NCBI RefSeq assembly: GCF_004010195.1
Contig: NC_057720.1
Coordinates: 14,091,943-14,132,132, forward strand
Length of the DNA: 40,190 nt
Source: Chiloscyllium plagiosum
Lineage: Eukaryota
Direction: 5' to 3'
The notes under the pieces were generated by a model that was given only the letters and a program-made list of their open reading frames with translations, ran no database searches and had not been told where the DNA came from. This document shows positions 33,340 to 40,190 of the stretch, piece after piece. Positions within the stretch are counted from its first letter, which is position 1, and each line of letters begins with the position of its first letter. A program made the translations under genes and the position numbers.

Positions 33340-34456
33340 AAGGAGAACTAGCCATTTGGACACAAAACTGGGTCAAAGGTAGAGGACAGAGGGTGGTGGT
33401 GCAAGGTTGCTTCTCAGATTGGAGGCCTGTGACCAGCAGTGTGTCCCAAGGATCGGTGCAGGGACCACTGCTTTTCATCATTTAGATAAATGATTTGGAT
33501 GTGAGTGTAGGCGATATGATTAGTAAGTTTGCAGATGACACCAAAATTGGAGGTGTAGTGGACAGTGAAGAAGGTTATCTCAGAGTACAACGGGATCATG
33601 ACCAGATGGGCCAATGGGCCAAGGAGTGACTGATAGAGTTTAATTTAGATAAATGCGAGGTGCTGCATTTTGGGAAAGCAAATCAGAGCAGGATTTATAC
33701 ACTTAATGGTAAGGTCCTAGGGAGTGTTGCTGAACAAAGAGACCTTAGAGTGCAGGTTCATAGCTCCTTGAAAGTGGAGTTGCAGGTAGGTAGGATAGTG
33801 AAGAAGGTGTTTGGTATGCTTTCCTTTATTGGTCAGAGCATTGACAACCTCCTATAAGAGTTGAGAGGTCATGTTGCAGCTGTACAAGACATTGGTTAGG
33901 CCACTTTCGGAATATTGCATGCAATTCTGGTCTTCTTCCTATCGGAAGGATGTTGTGAAACTTGAAAGGGTTCAGAAATTATTTATAATTTCAGAGTTTG
34001 CAGAGTTTGAGCTATAGGGAGAGGCTGAATAGGCTGGGGTGATTTTTCCTGGCCTGTTGGAGGCTGAGGGGTGACCTTATAGTAGTTTATAAAATCATGA
34101 GCAGCATGGATAGGATAAATAGACAACGCCTTTTCTCTCGGGTGGGGGAGTCCAAAACTAGAGGGCATAGGTTTAAGGTGAGAGGGGAAAGATTTAAAAG
34201 GGACCTAAGGGGCAACTTTTTCACGCAGAGGGTGGTGTGTGTATGGAATAAGCTGCTAGAGGATGTGGTGGAGGCTGGTACAATACAACATTTAAAAGGC
34301 ATCTGGTTGCATATATGAGTAGGAATGTTTTAGAGAGATAAGGGCCAAATGCTAGTAAATGGGACTAGATTAGTTTAGGGTATCTGGTTGGCATGGATGA
34401 GTTAGACTGAAGGGTCTGTTTCTGTGCTGTATATCTCTCTGACTCTGTGACTCTAA
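33340..34456 (+). mobile_element. CR1 (HER1-like) RT C-terminal half and 3' UTR
   Basis: Codons for QRVVV, VPQGSV.GPLLF, SKFADDTK, VLHFGKAN and NFFTQRVV, plus tail. Confidence 0.92.
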
Positions 34457-35264
34457 CTCGGTACATGTGACAACAATAAATCAATCAGTCAAGATGGCGT
34501 TCAAGAGGACAGAGAGAGAAGCACCAAGAAGAGAAACATTGAACAGTCGTAAGACTGACAGGGCTGACCTTCCAATTGGTGCAAGAATATTCCCCCAAAA
34601 CCCGAGAGTCAGGCATCAGAATAAGATAAAGGAGTTTGAACATGACAGAGTCATCAAATAGTTGGCATAGATGGCCAAGCCTACATTGTTAAAATAATAG
34701 TTGGAACACAGCATCAGAAAATGGTTGACAGAGGGGAGCTGATTGAGGTCAGAAGTCTGGTGGATGTTGTGGGAGTCAGCAGCTCAGCCCGCAGTATCTC
34801 AGAACCTGAAGTGTTGTTGGAAAATGGCGGACGTGAGGTGGAGTTGGATAGTGATGTGGAATACTCGAGTCACCTGTACATTGTGAATCCTGGTAAACAG
34901 CGCATGGGGGGAGGGGGGTACCTGCTGGGAGGTGGTAACAGGTGTCACCGATCACTCCTGGAGAATTGACTGACCTAGATACTAGTATGGATGATCTGTC
35001 ACTGAGGCCAGATCCCACAGAAGTTACCAGTTTGGATAAGAGGCTCGAAGGTCTTCTCAAGCGAATGCTGGCTGTCACCACAATGGCTGATACCAGGTCA
35101 ATGATTCAAAGGAGAATGCTGCTTTAATGGGGATTAGAACATGCTAGCCATCATGACTCAATTGAATCTGCTAATCTCACAAATTTAGCAAATAGTCACT
35201 GTGTATGAGACACAGTTACTGAAACAGCAAGTTTCAGGCAGTGAACTGTATAATGGAACCTCCA

Positions 35265-35279
35265 GCAGCAGGTGGCGAC
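35265..35279 (+). promoter_or_regulatory. Possible CTCF-binding motif
   Basis: GCAGCAGGTGGCGAC is close to the CCASYAGRKGGCR consensus and lies in non-repeat sequence. Confidence 0.3.
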
Positions 35280-36049
35280 TGTGAGAAAGGGCAACTGCAG
35301 CAGCCAAATGGAAAAGAGCAAGGTGTCTTTGGAGGAAGGATGACTTATGGGAAGAAGCAGTAGACAGACAAAGGATTCTTCAACCAAACGTAAACTAAAG
35401 GCTTCATTTCCATGTTAAAACTATAAATACATCCTTGTTTCACCTTAATTTCTCTTCATGTTTGTAAAGACCTGATCACAGTGGAATAAAGAATCCTGCT
35501 TCATGATGTGTGGAACTTCCAAGTGATCAAAAATCTCATCTTCCAAAACTGCACTGGGGTGGCATAGAACATGATGTACCAGGAAAAAGTTTATAACTGC
35601 TGAACTTTCAATCAGTTCCATTTTGAAATGTTTTGCCTAGGGCTGTATACCTGACACAGGATGTATCTTGTAAATATCAAGACGGCAAGTTATCGCATTT
35701 GTATTGAATGTTACATGGGACAAGTTGAATTTTATTGCAAATTCAGTCGTATTCAAGTCAAAACGTTTTGTATTTCTTTCACGAATTTTATGAATAAAGT
35801 ATATTCTCGAAGAAAGAAAAAGAGTTGTGAAATGCTTTGCCTTGTGCCTGACAAAGACATATTTTATACATTTTCAGACTGTTATAATCCTATTGAGATA
35901 GGTAAGAGTGGAAATTGATGTATGGAAACAATTTGAAATCTATTGAAAATTCTGTAATATTTAAGTCAAAATATTTTGTAATTCTTTTTTTGCAATTTTT
36001 ATGTACGATATACTTTTGGAGAAAAGAAGTCACATTTCTTGTTATGAGG

Positions 36050-36782
36050 GAGTCCAGTGAAGATTCACCAGACTGATTCCCAGGATGGCAGGATTGGCAT
36101 AGGAGGAAAGTCTGGATCGACTGGGCTTGTATTTACTGGAATTTAGAAGAATGAGGGGAGGATCTCATAGAAACATAAAATGCCGGTGCGAATGGATGCA
36201 GGAAGAATGTTCCCAATGTTGGGGAAGTCCAGAGCAAGGGGTCATAGTCCAATGAGGAAGAATTTCTTCATTCGCAGATTTGTGAATGTCTGTAATTCTC
36301 TCCCATAGGAAGCATAGAGTCAGAGAAATATACAGCACTGAAACAAGCCCTTCGGCCTAACTCGTCCACGCTGACTAGATATCCTAAACCAATCTAGTCC
36401 TATTTGCCAACACTTGGCCCATATCCCTCTAAACCCTTCCTAATCATATAGGCATTCAGATGTTGAATGCTGTAATTGTACCAGCCTCCACCACTTCCTC
36501 TAGCAGCTCATTCCACACAAGCACCACCCTCTGCGTGAAAACGTTGCCCTTTGGGCCCCTTTTAAATTTTTCCCCTCTTACCCAGTTGGGGGCAGTTCAG
36601 TAGATATATTCAAGAGGGAGCTGGACAAGGCCCTTGTGGATAAACAGATCAAGGGGTGTGGGGAGGGAGTGGGAATGGGATGCTGAGATTATGCATGACC
36701 AACCATGATCATATTGAATGGTGGTGCAGGCTCAAAGGGCCAAAGGGCCGACTCCTGCACCTATTTTCTATGTTTCTATGTT
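36050..36782 (+). mobile_element. CR1 3' fragment with a nested minus-strand CR1 tail (36313-36582)
   Basis: agattcaccagactgattcccaggatgg...ttctatgtttctatg, with nested catagagtcagag...cccctcttacc. Confidence 0.85.
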
Positions 36783-37081
36783 TTACTGCAAGAGGAAACC
36801 TGTTTGGTCAGCACTAGATAATTTCTCTGCTATGCTGCCTCAGTTGTCTTTTAAAAAACAAAATTTTAAACTAACTTTGTGCGCACAAACCAAAATGACT
36901 GACAATCATGTGTCAATGTTTGTCACTGATGGTCCAAACTCTGCATATTTGTTTTGTTTTGTCTCATATATTTTTAATACACAGGCACTTATCTCAAGCT
37001 TGACTTGAGTTCTCATTGACTTATCTGGCAATATGTACAGAGTGAAGTAGGAAAGATTTCATTTTAGCTGCTACGAAGTAG

Positions 37082-37158
37082 TAGAATTAGAATTAGCTTT
37101 ATTGTCACATGTACTCATGTGAGTACAGTGATAAGTTTACTGGTTGCCACTTACCACA
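37082..37158 (-). mobile_element. Rex-type 3' tail (LINE or derived non-autonomous element)
   Basis: tagaattagaattagctttattgtcacatgtac...acagtga resembles 22254-22300. Confidence 0.55.
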
Positions 37159-37160
37159 TC

Positions 37161-40101
37161 GGGGCCTCACCTCCAGACCGCACCAGGGCCTCCCCACCAG
37201 ACTGCACCAGGCCTCCCCACCAGACCGCACCGGGCCTCCCCACCAGTACGCACTGGGGCCTCCCCACCAGACCGCACCGGGCCTCCCCTATAGACCGCAC
37301 TGGGGCCTCACTTCCAGACCTCACTAGGCCTCACCTCCAGACCGCACCGGGGCCTCACCTCCAGACCGCACTAGGCCTCACCTCCAGACCACACCGGGCC
37401 TCACTTCCAGACTGCACTGGGCCTCACCTCCAGACCGCACTGGGCCTCACCTCCAGACCGCACCGGGCCTCGCCTCCAGACCGCACCGGGCCTCACCTCC
37501 AGACCGCACTAGGCCTCTCCTCCAGACCGCACCAGGGCCTCACCTTCAGACCGCACGGGGCCTCACTTCCAGACCACACTAGGCCTCACCTCCAGACCGC
37601 ACCGGGGCCTCACCTCCAGACCGCACTGGGCCTCACCTCCAGACCACACCGGGCCTCACTTCCAGACCGCACTGGGCCTCACCACCAGACCGCACTGGGC
37701 CTCACCTCCAGACCGCACCGGGCCTCGCCTCCAGACCGCACAAGGCCTCACCTCCAGACTGCACTAGGCCTCTCCTCCAGACCACACCAGGCCTCATCTC
37801 CAGACTGCACTGTGCCGCACCTCCAGACCGCACCGGGCCTCACCTCCAGACCGCACCGGGACTCACCTCCAGACCGCACTAGGCCTCCCCTCCAGACCGC
37901 ACCAGGGCCTTCCCACCAGACTACACTGGGTCTCCCCTCCAGAGCGCACCGGGGCCTCCCCTCCAGACCACACTAGGCCTCCCCACCAGTACACACTGGG
38001 GCCTCCCCACCAGACCACAACGGGCCTCCCCTCCAGACTGCACCAGGGCCTCTCCTCCAGTCTGCACCGGGGCCTCACCTCCAGACTGCACCGGGGCCTC
38101 CCCTCCAGACTGCACTAGGACTCTCCTCCAGACTGCACTGAGGCCTCACCTCCAGACCGTACTAGGCCTCACCTCCAGACTGCACTAGGCCTCCCCTCCA
38201 GACCGCACTAGGCCTCTCCTCCAGACCACACTAGGCCTCTCCTCCAGACCGCACTAGGCCTCTCCTCCAGACCACACTAGGCCTCTCCTCCAGACCGCAT
38301 TAGGCCTCACCTCCGGACTGCACAAGGCCTCACCTCCAGACCGCACCGGGGCCTCACCTCCAGACAGGGTCAGACCTCGTCTCACCTCCAGACTGCACCG
38401 GGGCCACACTTCCAGACCGCACTGGGGTCTCACCTCCAGACCGCACCGGGCCTCAGCTCCAGACCGCACCAGATCTCACCTCCAGACCGCACCAGGGCCT
38501 CGCCTCCAGACTGCACCGGGCCTCACCGCCAGACCGCACCGGGCCTCACCTCCAGACCGCACCGGGGCCTCCCCTATTGACCGCACTGGGGCTCACCTCC
38601 AGACAGCACCGGGGCCTCACCTCCAGACCGTACTAGGCCTCACCTCCAGACCGCACCGGGCCTCCCCTATAGACCGCACTGGGCCTCACCTCCAGACCGC
38701 ACTAGGCCTCACCTCCAGACCGCACCGGGGCCTCCCCTATAGACCGCACTGGGGCTCACCTCCAGACTGCGCTAGGCTTCACCTCCAGAAAGCACCGGGG
38801 CCTCACCTCCATACCGTACTAGGCCACACCTTCAGCCCGCACCGGGACTCACCTCCAGACCGCACCGGGCCTCGCCTCCAGACCGCACCGGGCATCACCT
38901 CCAGACCGCACCGGGCCTTTCCTCCAGACTGCACCGGGCCTCACCTCCAGACCAAACTGGGCCTCGCCTCCAGATCGCACCGGGATTCACCTCCAGACCG
39001 CACTGAGCCTCACCTCCAGACCGGACCGGGGCCTCCCCTATAGACCGCACTGAGCCTCACCTCCAGACTGCACCAGGTCTCACCTCCAGATCGCACTTGG
39101 CCTCGCCTCCATACCGCACCGGGCCTCACCTCCAGACCGGACCGGGCCTCACCTCCAGACCGTACTGGGCCTCACCTCCAGACGCACCGGAACTCACCTC
39201 CAGACCACACTAGGCCTTACCTCCAGACCGCACCGGGGTCTTACCTCCAGACCGCACCCGGCGTCACCTCCAGACCGCACCAGGGCCTCGCCTCCAGATC
39301 GCACCAGGGCCTCGCCTCCAGACCACACCAGGGCCTCGCCTCCAGAATGCACCAGGGCCTCACCTCCAGACTGCACTAGGCCTCACCTCCAGACCACACT
39401 GGGTCTCACCTTCAGACCACACTGGGGCATCATCTCCAGACCTCACCGGGGCCTCACCTCCAGATCGCGCCAGGTCTCATCTCCAGACCGCACCAGGTCT
39501 CACCTCCAGACTGCACCGGGGCCTCACCTCCAGACCGCACCAGGCCTCACCTCCAGACCACACTGGGGTCTCACCTTCAGACCACACTGGGGCATCATCT
39601 CCAGACCTCACCGGGGCCTCACCTCCAGACCGCGCCAGGTCTCATCTCCAGACCGCACCAGGTCTCACCTCCAGACTGCACTGGGGCCTCACCTCCAGAC
39701 CGCACCAGGCCTCACCTCCAGACCGCGCCAGGTCTCATCTCCAGACCGCACCAGGTCTCACCTCCAGACTGCACCGGGGCCTCACCTCCAGACCGCACCG
39801 GGCCTTTCCTCCAGACCGCACCGGGCCTCACCTCCAGACCGCACCGGGCCTTTCCTCCAGACCGCACCGGGCCTCACCTCCAGACCGCACTGGGCCTCGC
39901 CTCCAGACCGCACCGGGACTCACCTCCAGACCGCACTAGGCCTCACCTCCAGACCGCACCGGGGTCTCACCGCCAGACCGCACCGGGACTCACCTTCAGA
40001 CCGCACCGGACCTCGCCTCCAGACCGCACCAAGGCCTCACCTCCAGATCGCACTAGGCCTCATCTCCAGACCGCACCGGGGCCTCACCTGCAGACTGCAC
40101 T
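37161..40101. repeat. GC-rich minisatellite, 23-24 bp unit CCTCACCTCCAGACCGCACCGGG, roughly 125 copies
   Basis: Directly visible. The ORF period of 23 aa equals three 23-bp units. Confidence 0.97.
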
Positions 40102-40190
40102 AGGGCTTATGCCCGAAACGTCGATTCTCCTGTTCCCTGGATGCTGCCTGACCTGCTGCGCTTTTCCAGCAACACATTTTCAGCTCTGAT
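40102..40190 (+). mobile_element. PLE terminal repeat starting inside the hammerhead (runs off the window end)
   Basis: AGGGC TTAT GCCC-GAAACGTC-GATT followed by the tail. CTGAnGA is absent. Confidence 0.88.

Larger units (their letters stand above)
32652..34491 (+). mobile_element. Rex1/Babar 3' end split by two CR1 insertions
   Basis: Rex pieces at 32652-32888, 33201-33335 and 34457-34491 (gtacatgtgacaacaataaatcaatc), homologous to 22254-22920. Confidence 0.75.

Noticed and set aside
37119..37976. 285-aa Pro/Arg/His-rich ORF
   Set aside because: It is a translation of the stop-poor 23-bp minisatellite, with no evidence of a gene.
37161..40101. CRISPR-like regular repeat
   Set aside because: Units are contiguous with no unique spacers, there are no cas genes, and the context is eukaryotic.

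Overview
Vertebrate, transposon-dense non-coding DNA from a cartilaginous fish, inferred from HE1-type V-SINEs, HER1/CR1 LINEs and Deu-domain SINEs. No intact gene is recognisable, and nearly all long ORFs are retroelement debris or low-complexity sequence. The window holds one long decayed CR1 ORF2 (about 2424-5277), many CR1 3' fragments, seven HE1 SINEs, two Rex1/Babar fragments, older SINE and LINE relics, a 2.9 kb GC-rich 23-bp minisatellite, and about a dozen pieces of Penelope-like elements (PLEs). The most notable signal is that the PLE terminal repeats carry minimal type I hammerhead ribozyme motifs (CUGAnGA, stem II, GAAA, palindromic helix III). Four are core-intact (241, 462, 25239, 25542) and several are degenerate. 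They show compensatory stem changes and two mutually incompatible helix III palindromes (ACGU and AGCU). PLE hammerheads are an established phenomenon; activity of these copies is inference. Also seen: a rearranged 914-bp PLE insertion with a 17-bp TSD, a 116-bp mini-PLE with a 14-bp TSD, a 140-bp near-perfect inverted duplication 2.2 kb apart, and weak candidate minus-strand host exons. Boundaries of old repeats are approximate and family names come from recognition, not database search.
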